A DNA stretch of 64,000 bases from Lytechinus pictus (taxonomy: Eukaryota): the NCBI RefSeq assembly GCF_037042905.1, contig NC_087252.1:8558001-8622000 (forward strand), given 5' to 3'. The position numbers and the translations under genes were made by a program. Below, in pieces: positions 23,533 through 36,631 of the stretch. The notes beneath the pieces are model-generated. The model was given only the letters and a program-made list of their open reading frames with translations. It had not been told where the DNA came from and made no database searches. Every line of letters begins with the position of its first letter. Position 1 is the stretch's first letter.

Positions 23533-26500
23533 GGTTCCATGACAATTGCTCCGCCGACATCTGCTCCGCCGACAATTGCTACGCAAAATACGACAACTGC
23601 TCCGCCGACAATTGCTCCGGACAGTTGCTCCGCCGACAGTTGCTCCGTCGACACTTGCTACGCCGATATTTGCTCCGTCGACACTTGCTCCGCCGATATA
23701 TGCTCCGTCGACATCTGCTCCGCCGACAGTTGCTCCGCCGACAGTTGCTCCGCCGATAATTGCTCCGCCGACATCTGCTCCGATTTTACGACAATTGCTC
23801 CGCGACAATTGCTCCGCCGATATTTGCTCCACCGAAAATTGCTCCAATTATACGACATTTGCTTCACGACAATTGCTCCGCCGTCATGTGCTCCGATAAT
23901 ACAATTGCATGAACATCTTACAAATTGTTTTGTTGTTGTTTTGTTATTTTTATTTATTTATTTATTTAATTCTCCCCTATCATCACAGCTTGTTCTCCCT
24001 GTCGCCGCCACTTGACAAATTGTAACGCAGAAGGGGAATGACACACTCCCCATTGGAATTGTGAATCTGGATTTTTGTTCATATATTATTATCATTGGTT
24101 TCAATCCGGTCTTGAGCGGGGAGAGCATGAGGGGGGGGGTGCTGGACACAATATCTCTTCCATAGGCGGATCCAGGGGGGGGGGCGAGCCCCCCCCCACT
24201 GGCTGAACAAAAAAAAAGGAAAGAAAGGGAAAACATGGAAAGAGAAGAGTAAAAACAAAAGAGAAGAGTAAAAAGAAGGAGGAAGACGAGTAAATAAAAT
24301 AAGATGAGGGAAAGACTTGGAAAATAAAAAGAATCTTTCATGTCACTGCTCGCATTGCCTGTAAGGTGATTTTTCATATCTTGTTCAATAATTATGGAGT
24401 TTAAATATCAAGTTTGGAAGTCAATATACAAAACATATTTCTCCTCGGGAATCGAACTTTCATTGTTTTGTGTGATTTACAAATTGATTTTTAAAAAGTG
24501 CTCTGTAAAATGTAAGTTTTATGGTCTGAATTTTAATATTTTCTGCTCGCGCTGCGCACCCGCAAATTTTTATATATCAGGTACCTATTATTTTCGTGTA
24601 TTCCGTAAAGTTTTCAAAATATCCCTTTTCAGGTCTGATTGTCAAAACGTATTAGCTAGCGCTGCGCTCGCATTTGAATGGAGAGTTATGTATTTCTCAA
24701 TATTGAATATACAAATAAACTACTTAAAATCCCCATTTAATGACAGTTTATCAAAAAATTTGGCTCGCGATTTGCGCTCGCATTCATGGTTAAAAATATA
24801 TTAACTGATGCATCCTATTTATGACTACGAAAGTGCTTGAAATTTCCAGTTTTCAGACCATAATATCATCAGATTTCGTGCCGTCATTAGGCATTAATGA
24901 GTAAGATATTAATTTAGAAATTAAATTGTCCCTTTTGTTTTGTCTCGCGCTTAGCAAGAGGAATAGGAAAATAGTCATCATTTTCATATGATGACATGTC
25001 CTAGGGATGTCCCGGTCTTATATATGTCAAAACCCAAAGTAATAACAGAACATATCAGCTCTTTATTAAGTGCAATCCATATCCACCTCACAAATTCACA
25101 AAGTGCTTGAAATATATAGCAGAAATTGACTCTTTTTAGGTCGGAAAATCAAATAGTTTATTCTATTTAAAACATTATCCAGTTTCAGATCACAATATCA
25201 AAAATGTTCTACTCGCGCTTTGTGCTCGCATTATCAAGTTAGGAAGATCCCATATTACTCATTCTTGTCATGGTTTTAACAAAACATGAATAGAGTGTCT
25301 CGTTCAGTAGGTCTAAATCTCGAAATTTTCCACTCGCGCTTCGCACTCGCATTATATGATTTTTAAAGTATTTAACGTCTTCATGGCTAACTGCAAGCAA
25401 TCTTTAACAAGTACCTTTTCCATCAGTTCATTTCTGCTCGCGCTTCTCGTTCGTGGTAACTATTTAATTGCAAAAACATCTTTTTCAGGATAACAAACAT
25501 TGACCAGAATGTTCCAATTTTAGAAAAAATACATAAAATTTCCTTTAAAAATTTAGCTCGCCCTTCGCGCTCGCATTATATAAATAAGGATTATGATATT
25601 ATATATTTATGTTGATTTATAAGAATAAAGCTAAGAAGTGACTTTAGGACTACCCCTTCAAAGAAACCACAATCATCATCAAGCGGCCGATCGGGGAAAA
25701 TATGGCTATAACGCCCCCTTCTATTGGCGAAGGCTGGATCCGCCCACTGCCCTTCTGCTTTCCAGCAAGTTATACACCATACATTCGCGCGCCCCCTCTC
25801 TCTCTCTCCCTCTTTCTCGTTTTGTTCTTTCACACTATTAGTTTTCATTGGTTACCGCTTGATTTATTGTATATTTATCAGCATTACAATTAATATTTTT
25901 ATCAATATTTTTTAATACGTCTTGGGCCTTATCTACCCTTGCACCTTTTTTCTTTCAATTTGTTTCAAACGAAAGCATGATCATCACTGGCGTACAGATA
26001 GGGGAGGGGCGTGCTAGGGGTCACGGATCCCTCCATTCTCCCTACCAATGAAAAAAAGAATAAAGGAAAGGAAACTAACTGTCATCCTTGTCTGACCCCT
26101 CCATTTTTTTTTGGCTCATTTGGTGAGTTACTATAAGACGAGACTTCAGTTGTATTTTTTTCTATTCTGTGCAATAGCAACAATATAAATATATTTTAAT
26201 AAATGAATATATGTATGTATCTCTCTCATAACGTATAAACAAATAATGTTGTTTTTAAAAGACAATAATACATATATATACCAGTAATGATATAGTTATA
26301 CATATTCATGAAACCCAATAACGCATCGCACTGAATGTATAATACGAGCACGAAGCACGAGATGTTATTAACCTGGAAAGGGGACATTTATACGCATTTT
26401 TTTAATTGTAAACATAAAGCAAACCTATTGAATTTCACCTGGAGCAAATACCTCCACTTCGGAGAATATTTCGCCAGAGCGATTTTGACGCTAAGAAGTA

Positions 26501-27268
26501 TTTTTTTTTTCATTTTAATCACCAGGCACGAAATAAAACTTAAACAAATGCCCCCAAGGAATAAGAATTAAGAATATCTATTCCTCCTTTGTGCTTATCC
26601 CTTTTTTTTAAATTTCTTTCTATGTTATGTATCGGGGCCGCGGAACTGGGGGCTGGGGGCTTCAGCCCCCCCCTCCCCCCTTTTTTCCAAAACCGTGTAC
26701 AAAAACGTAAAAATGACCATATGATTGTGATTTTTAGCATGGTCAGCCCCCACTTTGAAAACTGTTCCGCGGCCCCTGTGCATGTCATGTAAATATATCA
26801 AATTTACTTTGCAATATATATATTATAATATACACATTTGTAAATTGACGTCTTCATCCTGTGCTACAATTGTTATGCGCATGAAAGTACGAATAAATTT
26901 AAATGTCGCAATATCGGAGCAATTTACGGCGGAGCAGATGTCGGCGGAGCAAACATTGACGGAGCAGATATCGGCGGAGCAATTGTCGCGATGCAATTTT
27001 CGGCGGAGCAAATATCGGCGGAGCAGATGTCGGCGGAGCAATTTTCGGCGGAGCAGATGTCGGCGGAGCAAATATCGGCGGAGCATATGTCGACGGAGCA
27101 AATATCGGCGGAGCAAGTGTCGACGGAGCAAATATCGGCGGAGCAAGTGTCGACGGAGCAACTGTCGGCGGAGCAATTGTCCGGAGCAATTGTCGGCGGA
27201 GCAGTTGTCGTATTTTGCGTAGCAGTTGTCGGTGGAGCAGATGTCGGCGGAGCAATTGTCGGGTCACC
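23533..27268. mobile_element. 3.7 kb foldback transposon with 15-bp tandem-repeat TIRs (sea-urchin TU-element-like)
   Basis: Arrays of ttgctccgccgacaN at ~23540-23900, inverted at ~26915-27260. GG...CC termini and a perfect 8-bp TSD TACGGTAG (23525-23532 and 27269-27276). Confidence 0.9.
24161..25749. mobile_element. GGCGGATCC-terminus non-autonomous element nested in the foldback; truncated relative at ~44950-45710
   Basis: Termini taggcggatccag / ctggatccgccca, ctcgcgcttcgcgctcgc subrepeats, and shared 3' text aaagctaagaagtgact...cccttcaaagaaac. Confidence 0.7.
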
Positions 27269-27348
27269 TACGGTAGGCCTATATCCTGAAGAATTATGTT
27301 CACTGGGACTGCAGGCTGTATACCATGCGTGTCCTGGCATCAAGGCAA

Positions 27349-27707
27349 GGATAGGCCCCATAGAAAAGTGACTAAACTTTTTTTTCATATATACAATATT
27401 TTTTATGGTTTCTTGTCAATTCGTGGGTGCTGATTACGAATCTGAATGTATTGCACTCCTGCCACACAATTTCATGCATTTAATTTATAGCCAATATTGG
27501 GGCTTTCTCATGATTCCCATGGGTAATTTGCATATTTTAGCGGCCATATTGGATTTTGCCAATTTGCGGAAAATGCTCAAGGTTACACGAGTGGCATTAT
27601 TCAGATTCGTAATCAGCACCCTCGAATTGACAAGAAACCATAAAAAATATAGTATATATGAAAAAACAAGGTTTGGTCAAGTTTCTATGGGGCCTTTCCT
27701 AAACTAA
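27349..27707. mobile_element. Internally deleted MITE derivative of the 11262-14051 family
   Basis: Both arms match the TIR of 11262-14051 (gtgctgattacgaatctgaatg / cagattcgtaatcagcaccctcgaattgacaag). Confidence 0.88.
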
Positions 27708-28248
27708 CTCCTTTCACTTTGAAAAGAAAGCACTCTTATTAATATTCTTTCTTGTGAAAACATCTAGCATACATGTATATCTTCTATCCTGGACTATGAC
27801 TCTTGTGTTTCCTGCTGCTTAATTAACCTTGCATCCTCCTTTCAGTCATGTGGCGCTCTTAGCTGTATGCATATGCATTGACCTAGCGTTTTTGGTGTCC
27901 CAACCTAGCATCGGGGATTCACTCTACCATGACCCGACAAAAGAGTGCCAAATAGTTAAAAGTGAAAAATTAATAGAAGCCTTCCCAAACAAACACAGAT
28001 TTCTAGTCGTTTAACCGGCCCGGGGGAAGCGTTTCATGAACAGACTTTTCAGACAAAACTTGTCAGGCGTTTTTTTCTGACAAGTCCTGTTTCATCCGAC
28101 AGTTAGCATAGGAACGGTGACTCTCAGGCAGTAGAAATGAAGGAATAAGATCTGCAAACTTGTTAGCTCAAAATATATATGCAGGGGTACTTTTATTTGA
28201 GCTGAATATCGCAGATTGGTATACCGGGGAAACTAACAGCTCCTTTAA

Positions 28249-28613
28249 AGACCCTGACCGGTGTAAAAACAATCATATATCAAAATAAAGGTAATGATTC
28301 ATACAATACAAATATACCAAAAATATTACATGTATCTCCTTCCAATAGTCACCCAGTTTTCCTGTGTACAAACCTATGGAATCACGACGCTTCTTACACA
28401 ACGTGACGTCACGGTCTCGAGGCAGGTGAAAAGCACAATAAAGCCTAGTTTCTAAGCTGGGTTCGAAGCCCGATAATTGGAATATTCTTAAGTAAAATAC
28501 TCAGCTGGGAAGCGGTGAAAATGCATAAAGCATACCTTGCTGTATTTAGCAGCTTATAAGCTTTCGATTGGTATATAATTTATCAATTTCATTTTCGGGT
28601 CCGGTCTGGATCT
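28249..28613. mobile_element. Kolobok-like MITE
   Basis: TTAA|AGaccctgaccgg ... ccggtctggatCT|TTAA. Confidence 0.6.
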
Positions 28614-28641
28614 TTAAAGAAAAAAAATTACTATACATATA

Positions 28642-28850
28642 GGGAGCCGCGATAGCTCAGTCGGTAGAGCGGGGGTTTCGGATTCCGCTGACCAGGGTTC
28701 GATTCCCAAGTGGTGCACTATTGCCCTTTTATCCTCATTACCAGGTCTTTCGGAGAGGACCCTATTCCGTTGGCCCACTGGTTGCTTGCTCACATGCATT
28801 CATGCTTTATTGGCAGTCAGGTAAAAAACTCGGGTTAACTCGGTATATCC
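28642..28850 (+). mobile_element. tRNA-derived SINE (family 2)
   Basis: A box TAGCTCAGTCGG and B box GGTTCGATTCC followed by a non-tRNA body. A second copy is at 52037. Confidence 0.85.
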
Positions 28851-29519
28851 AATTGAAAAGATGGGGAAGGTCATTAACTAAAAGTTGATCAAGAGGTAGG
28901 AAATGAATTATAGTTACTGGAGCTCCCAAAAGTAAAAACACTGTTTAACATTTTATACAGTGGGAATACTGTTTCCTAAACACAGTAGTTGTAAAACACA
29001 TGCTTAATTTGCTGAGAATTAAATATTAAACTCAGTTGTTTAAGATTTTATAGAACTGTTTAAACCGTTCAAGCAACTATGCTATGACATATATGAGGTG
29101 TATATATAGTAAACAGGATTCAGTGGATATGATGAGAAAGTACCCGATCAAAAAAAAGATACACGATCCATTGAGCTGTTGGGAGAAGTGTGGTATTGCA
29201 ATTTGGAAAGAAGCAATGCACCAGAGCGGAGACCTTTGTCTTCATTGTGCAGAATGCATACAGTAAACCTTTCAAACATGGCCTGAATGCCAGAGTATTT
29301 CCTCGTCGAGGATACTACTGAATAATAATCGCTCAAATTACGCAACATGTGCATGTGCAATCCATATAATTTCATTAGCAGCCACCAAACTGTGAAACAA
29401 TCAGATTATAGTAAAATTTATTAGTATGATAAAATAACAATCAAATAAAAACGAAACGATTCTCTAATTGTGCAGGACCCCCCCCCCCCCCCCCCCCTCC
29501 GTGGAAACCCTTACAAAAA

Positions 29520-30340
29520 ATTCCTGTAGTACTCTGTGATATGTACTGCAGGAAGTATCGCAGGAAAGTACTGCAGGAATTACGTGCACGTAATTTGGGA
29601 CGGTACTACAGAAATGTACAACAGGAGTACAACAGGTCCGTGTCCTGTGATACTTCCTGTGGTAATAACCGCATAAGTATGGCAGGAAGTATGACAGGAC
29701 ACGATCACCACAACCGCTACAACCGCTACAACCACTACCACACTACTATTAGTACTACAGGACAGTATCACAGGATAGTATCACAGGATAGTATCACATG
29801 ATAGTATGACAGGACAGTATGACAGGATAGTATGACAGGACAGTATGACAGGACAGTACTACAGGAATACCGCAGACCAGTATCACAGGGAAGTACTACA
29901 GAACAGTATCGCAGGACAGTACTACAGGAGTACCGCAGGCTTCTGGTACTGTGTCCTGTAGTACTGTCCTGTGATACTGGTCTGGTATTCCTGTAGTACT
30001 GTCCTGTGATACTGGTCTGGTATTCCTGTAGTACTGTCCTGTGATACTGGTCTGGTATTCCTGTAGTACTGTCCTGTGATACTATCCTGTGGTGATAAAT
30101 AGTATCACAGGACAGTATGACAGGACAGTACTTTAGGAATTCCGCAGACTTCTGTGGCATTATTGGTCTCATCCTGCAGCCTTCTTGTGATACTTTACTG
30201 TGGTAATCCTGCAGGGGTATTCTTGTTGATTTCCTGTGACAATCCTATGGTATTGTCCTGTAGTAGTCTGTGCGATTTTCTCACGACACCGTCCTGCACT
30301 GGTTTGTTAGGCGTAGTAGTTTGTAAGAATTTCCTGTGAT
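29520..30340. repeat. Left subterminal repeat region (short acaggacagta motifs in both orientations; 35-bp perfect tandem units from 29955)
   Basis: cctgtagtactgtcctgtgatactggtctggtatt at 29955, 29990 and 30025, partial at 30060. Confidence 0.9.
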
Positions 30341-32256
30341 CCAGCACAACAACTTTGACATCTTGACTAATGAAAAGAGGCGTGAAAAAACCCACAAATT
30401 TGCAAAGACGTTAAAAGCATATTCACATACCTTTATTATGTATGAGCTGTACTATGCACAGTATAGAACATCTTTGATATCATAAATGACTGCTAGAATA
30501 ATGCAGTAACATTTCATCTTTAGGATAAGACATGTACAAAGATTTATATCCATGAACATTGAGATGCCACATGAACTACTTTCACTATTCATACATTGCT
30601 GCCATTTTGAGATCACATAAAGAAAGCTAGATTCGACCCAGAATCCTTCCCTCTAACACAACAATAAGCGATTATTATTAATACCTTGGTCACATTCCTT
30701 GACCGGTTGCCTTACGGCGAGACAAAATCAGCAGTTTTAGGTATTCCTGTACAAACCACCCACGTGTAGCTGGTAGTAGCTGGTACAAGGATGATTAAGA
30801 CTGTTAATTTTGACTCGACGTAAGGCCACGAGCCGGCGAATGTAACCAAGGCTTAACCAGTATTATGGTTGCAAAAAAAACTGTAATAGCTGAGCAATTG
30901 CATTTTCCCCTTCTTGTCAACACCCGATTGGCTTAATACTAAAAGCAGAACATCCTTTACTCAACCATGTTATGAAACAATGGATAACCACTTCTGCATG
31001 TACAGATAATGCATGGTGCACATACAGTAAGGGATGAAATTATGATGTGTTGATCACCAGTATAAACTTAAAGTACATGAACGTAATCATAATCACTTCA
31101 TTTTGCTTAGAATTCACTTAAGTCCATAAATACTGAAAGATATTTTTGAATGAATTTCACATGATTTAGAACGTTCACCATAGGTTAGAAAAAATATGAA
31201 CATAAGATTACTTTGCCAAAACGTAGATCAAATCTATTGAGACATTAACCTTTTTGACATTGAATAGGCATATCATTTTACACAGTCTTCTTGTCTAAGA
31301 ATTGCTCCAACTACATATTGAAGGGTTATATATGAATGTAAGCATGAGCCCATCATAAACACGAAATTGCGGCATGTAATTTGATTTGCTACATGTCATA
31401 ATTGATAACTAAATGACGTTCAATACTTGATGTTGCTACATAAAATAATTAAGGTCATGTGGCAATGTGAATTCATACCTACTCGAGTCATTTAGTAATT
31501 TCAATTAGTATATGACCTAATTAATTATGACATATAGCTCAAAATTGACTTGAATAATTATGACCAATTTGATTGACCTCAATTATTTGAAGTAGCAACA
31601 TCAATTATTTAACATAAGCACTCTCAATCGAGGTGGAGTAACTCTTCTTTAGGTCATGTTACTATTCGAATTGGAACATGTCATTGTTTAGGTCATGCAG
31701 CAATTCAAATTACTTGCTCAAGTAAACAATTACAATTGTAATATCACGCAAAATAAATTAGCTGTACATGACATAATTCTGTTCTTTGATGGGCTTATGC
31801 TTCCATATATTAAGTAAATGGCTTTAATTCTTAATGATTATCCAAAAATTCATATACATAAAATAAACCAATATGAAGAGCATCATATCCAAAGTGATCA
31901 CCAGTTCACCCAATGTTACAGTACAAAAATAAAAAGCTGATTTTCTTATGTACTTTCACACATGTTATACATGTGCACTGTATGTCACTTGACCCTGGCA
32001 GACAATAGAATTGACAAGCAGTGAGTCCTACATGTACATGTAGCTGCCTGGTTTGCATACTTTAATGTTATATGAATTTCAATCATGGCCATGTGCTGTT
32101 TATACACTAAATGGAGGGATCTTGTCATAATGTTATGTCAATTAAAAACTGAATAAAATCCCAATTATCCTGAATAGCTAGACTAGCCCCCTTGCAATGG
32201 ACATTGTAATCTTGTTTTCTTTTACCTTTCATTATTTTTGAAAATTTTCATACAAC

Positions 32257-33183
32257 TAGGGCTGGGACTAAAACCCGGGTACCCGAGTAGAAAAATCAAT
32301 ACCCGATACCCGAAAATTGCTCACCAGTATAATGTACATGTATTTGATTTGTATTGCGTAGTGTAAGACATGATTGTAACTCATTACAAAAGTACACAAG
32401 CCTCATTTTGAATTTCACCAATTACCCTCTAAATATCCATAAATATACAAGTTTTCAAGTGATGATGATGTGACCGAGATCGTTCAATCATCGCCATGTT
32501 TCTTTTGCAGCGCAGTGACGTCATCCAGCCACTGCGACGCAAACCAATTTATGAATGAAAATATAGTAAGCATGCGCATTGCAAGCCTCAGCCCCACGCA
32601 GTATTACGTCAAAACAAGTCTGCAATACTCTGTCACCTCATACCAAAATCGACCTACGAAGCACCAGCCAATCACGTTCTTGTTACCATTTTTAGTTCAT
32701 CATAAACCGAAAATGGGAACACGATCGTGATTGGCTGGCGCATTTGACGCTCCGAAACCCGGAAATCAATTGACTTTGTTCACGTAGCGATACAAACTCA
32801 CGAACACGATGTAATATCGATGCTACTTCGTAAGATTTTGACGGAAAAGCAAGAATAACAATTTGCTTACCTGTGCAGTATCAGTGAGAAAACCTTTTAT
32901 AATTCATATGATATATAGGAAAGTGGAATTCTAGGTCGATTTTGGTACGAGGTGACAGAGTATTGAAACTTGTTTCGATGGAATACTGCGTGGGGCACGG
33001 GAGGCTTGCAATGCGCATGCTTACTATATTTTCATTCATAAATTGGCTTGCATCGCATTGGCTTGATGACGTCACCTATGGGGTTTTTCCACCAGTCATA
33101 TTTCAAGTGACATGATTTTCAGGTACCCACCCGAAAATTACCACGGGTACCCGAAGAGAAAAAACCCGAAAGTCCCAGGCCTA
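32257..33183. mobile_element. hAT-type MITE with 8-bp TSD
   Basis: TAGGGCTGGGACT / AGTCCCAGGCCTA, TSD CATACAAC on both sides, and tacccg subterminal motifs. Confidence 0.9.
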
Positions 33184-34639
33184 CATACAACTCTTTGTTT
33201 TTTTTTATACTTTATCAAAGCTTTTATGATTATAAATGTAATTAAATAATTTGATTTGATAAATGTATATTACTGGTATACTAATTGTGAATTTTTAGCA
33301 AGAAACAGTATTTGTGTTGGATTAATACATAAACATGTTGCGAAATTTCGGAACAGCGTATCCAGGCATCACAAATTTGGTCTCAAAAGATGTGCAAGAC
33401 TTGAAAGTAAAAAGGCAGCTAACAGCCTCCCAGTTATTAACCCTTAGTTAAATTGGACCAATTTGATCCCCCCCCCCTTCCAAAAATTTTGCGACCATGC
33501 TGTCGCACAATTTTTTTAAAACATGCCTCTTTCTAGTCTTGTGCATCTTTTGAGACCAATCTTGTGTCACCCGGTACGTGGTTCTGTAATAACGTGACAT
33601 TATGTAAGTACATGTCATACCAAAAATTGCTCAAAAACGTGATTTTGTGTACAAAGTCAATGCAATAGAGGAAAAAGTATGATTTTGTATTCTAATTACG
33701 CATAAATTAGTATTATCACTTACTAACAATTTGCGTGAAATAATTTACAATTTAATTTTGTAAATTATGCCCTAGACAACCCATGTGCCAATGTTAGACG
33801 CGATTGTGCGGTCAAGATCTCAAGGAAGGGGGGGCCCTGGAAACCCCCCCCTCCCCCCTTCCCCGGCCATATCAACTCCCAAAATACCCTGGCTTTAGTT
33901 GACTTTCTGGCTCCTCTTGAGTAGTCACCATTCATTGGACAGCTTGTTTTTATCCAAGTCTGTATAGCACGAGGCAGCTTAATCTGTAGAAAAAAAAACA
34001 CATACCATTATGATAACATGAACAACATAAATATACAAGAAATAAGGTGTTTTGCCCCCATCTAGATCTCTTTTCACAAGTACATATCTATCGGATAATG
34101 AGGTCCTTGCGGCTATCTCTCTTAGCATATTCTTGCTTATAAAAGCAAACTAAGCCGAAGAGTGACAAACAATTTATAATGCAAACAAATTGTCATAAGC
34201 ACATATTGAAACTCTTTAATAAAACAATGAAGAATAAATCTACATCTTCTAACAAGGATTACACTGTATGCCACTGCATGAATACAATCTGCTTAATTTT
34301 GTAATTATAATATCTACTGAAGTGAATGCCTATATAATCACCTTTTATGAACTCCAACCGTGTCTTGTACAAGAACATGGCCTTTTCTGTGTACACCTGT
34401 AGTATCTTTCCCACATAATGCTGGACTTGCTGCTCGATCATCCAGAGATCCCTCTTTGAATCTTTAATGAAATGAAATGAATTTGAGTGACATAGTAAAA
34501 TTTTATTTGCAGGTTAATACAAATTCATGATGTAATAAAAATACATGATAAAACTTCTTCATTTCCATATTTCAGTGTTACAATTCAGGTGCAAAGAGTC
34601 ATATTCTTTAATAATATTCAACATAAAATCAATGAAAAC

Positions 34640-35626
34640 TAGTGCTGTTGTCGATAGGCCTCATATCGACATTGATGTCGACATACGAAGGATTTTCAAA
34701 ATTCCGACATGTCGACATGCACGCACCCACATCGACATGTAAACATAAAATAAAAAGGGGTCTAGCCTACAATCACGAGTGTAAAGATTAGCTGAAAAGT
34801 TAGAAGCATTTATCCACAGTAATTGGCGCGATTAAAAGGTTTATTCAGCTTAGCAGCGCATTAAATGAAAAAAGAATATCTGCGAGCTGTGCGGCAGTAG
34901 AAATACGTCAGTGCAGGGCCGGCCTGCCCGATCGAGCCGCCCTCGATATCCCGTTATAGCGAGAGTAGCATTCACCGTACCCATCCACGGAAATATGTAC
35001 CCATCGCGCGCTATTCACCGTGCTTGATAATACGTTGCTCCTCAATGCATTACTTTTCACATAAACGTGAGCAGCAGCGAACACGTGTTTTTGTCAAAGT
35101 TGTGACTGCCGCAATTGAGCGCTTACTTCATATCACGAAGTCACAGAAAACTTCCCTTCATTCGTTTGGAGATCGTTGCACGGATCGCCGCGGAAGTGAT
35201 ACTGAAATTATCGGTCGATTTTCATTACTTTTCATTGTCAAATTGAGGAGCTTGCGTTTGCAGCAATGATCACTGTTGTAATTGGTGATTCTCAAATTGG
35301 CTACGAGTGTTATTGAGCAATGCTTTCGAAACCGGATCCTGGTACAAAAACTTGATTCTCCAGAAAAAAAATGTGGATTAAATCGGTGATTTTGGAAGCT
35401 CAATTCCCGAACTGAGCCTGTATTATATAGATCTAGTGTGGGGATATCACTCGTGTCAAGGTGAATATATTTGATTGAGAGTGTTGTTCCACGATCGAAT
35501 GCTTTTTTTTTATGTTAGGGAGCCCAGGCTAAATTACGGTCCCTTTTTCATGTCGACATTGTCGATGTCGGGATTAATTTTTAAGCGACATGTCGACATG
35601 GATTTTTGTTCCCGACAACAGCACTA
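34640..35626. mobile_element. hAT-type MITE with 8-bp TSD
   Basis: TAGTGCTGTTGTCG / CGACAACAGCACTA, TSD ATGAAAAC on both sides, and gtcgacat subterminal motifs. Confidence 0.92.
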
Positions 35627-36092
35627 ATGAAAACATTAAAAGTAGAGGAGCATTTTAACCTTACTCACAGTCTGTTATTGTCGCTAAAGTCTTTACAATA
35701 AGAAGATTGGGCACTTTGCCGACATCGCGTAATGCTTTGCATCGATTTACATGTATAATAGTCTTTGTGCCTAGTCTTTTCTACGTGTCTTTAATATGTA
35801 GATAAAACATGCGTCCTTTAGCTAGTTAGACGAACAATTTTGGAAATTAAAGACGGATCCATATTTTATCAACCGGAAGAGAAATTAGTGCTTAAATGAA
35901 GCTATTTGAGAGATATTGATGATATTTAGGGTGAATTGACTTCACATCTTTTCGTAAGTTTGTCATGTTCATAGAAGGCCGGACTTGATTTTATAGAAAC
36001 CTCTTTTAAATTTGTGGGATTGCCTACCTCGAGTGAAGTTTGTGCAGGCTCCACTCCACTTCACTATTGCTACACTACGCTCCACCTACCCA

Positions 36093-36631
36093 AACTTTGA
36101 GACCGTGAACTGGATCTGTCGATCTGATATTCCGAGTGACAAAAAGTGGGATCTTATGGGGGGGGGGGGGATATCAAATTCATGCAACATCACGCTCTTT
36201 AAAAAAATTAAAACTAATATTCTTCCTGCACACAAAGTTTCAGTTCTTCTCCATGCCTCTATCCGTCTCAAAATTGATGATTTAGAGCCAACATGAAGTT
36301 TCTCACACGTATCAATATTCAATACATCGCATGCGTGTGAGGTCGGTCGGGTCAGACCAGGCCCGGTATCTCGCGAATATTGCATCCGCATGCAATGTTT
36401 TGAAATCGGCAGCGAATTATAAATATGTGTGAGGAACTTCATGTTGGCTCTAAATCACCAATTTTGAGACTGATAAAAGCATGGAACTAAATGAAACTTT
36501 GTGTAAAGTAAGAATATTAGTTTTAATTCTTTTTAAAAATCAAGATGTTGCATGAATTTTATATTCCCCACCCCCATAAAATCCCACCTCTGTCACTCAG
36601 AATATCAGATCGAGTTCATGGTCTCGAAGTT
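36093..36631. repeat. Long imperfect palindrome (arms ~220 bp), MITE-like
   Basis: gatttagagccaacatgaagtttctcacac vs gtgtgaggaacttcatgttggctctaaatc, and tcgatctgatattccgagtgaca vs tgtcactcagaatatcagatcga. Confidence 0.85.

Noticed and set aside
23524..27388. Multiple 100-158 aa ORFs with SAEQ / LLRR / APPT pentapeptide repeats
   Set aside because: These are translations of the 15-bp TIR arrays of a foldback transposon, open in several frames on both strands.
28642..28720. tRNA genes (also 52037-52110 and 5785-5859)
   Set aside because: A and B boxes are present, but there is no convincing acceptor-stem closure and each continues into a SINE body.
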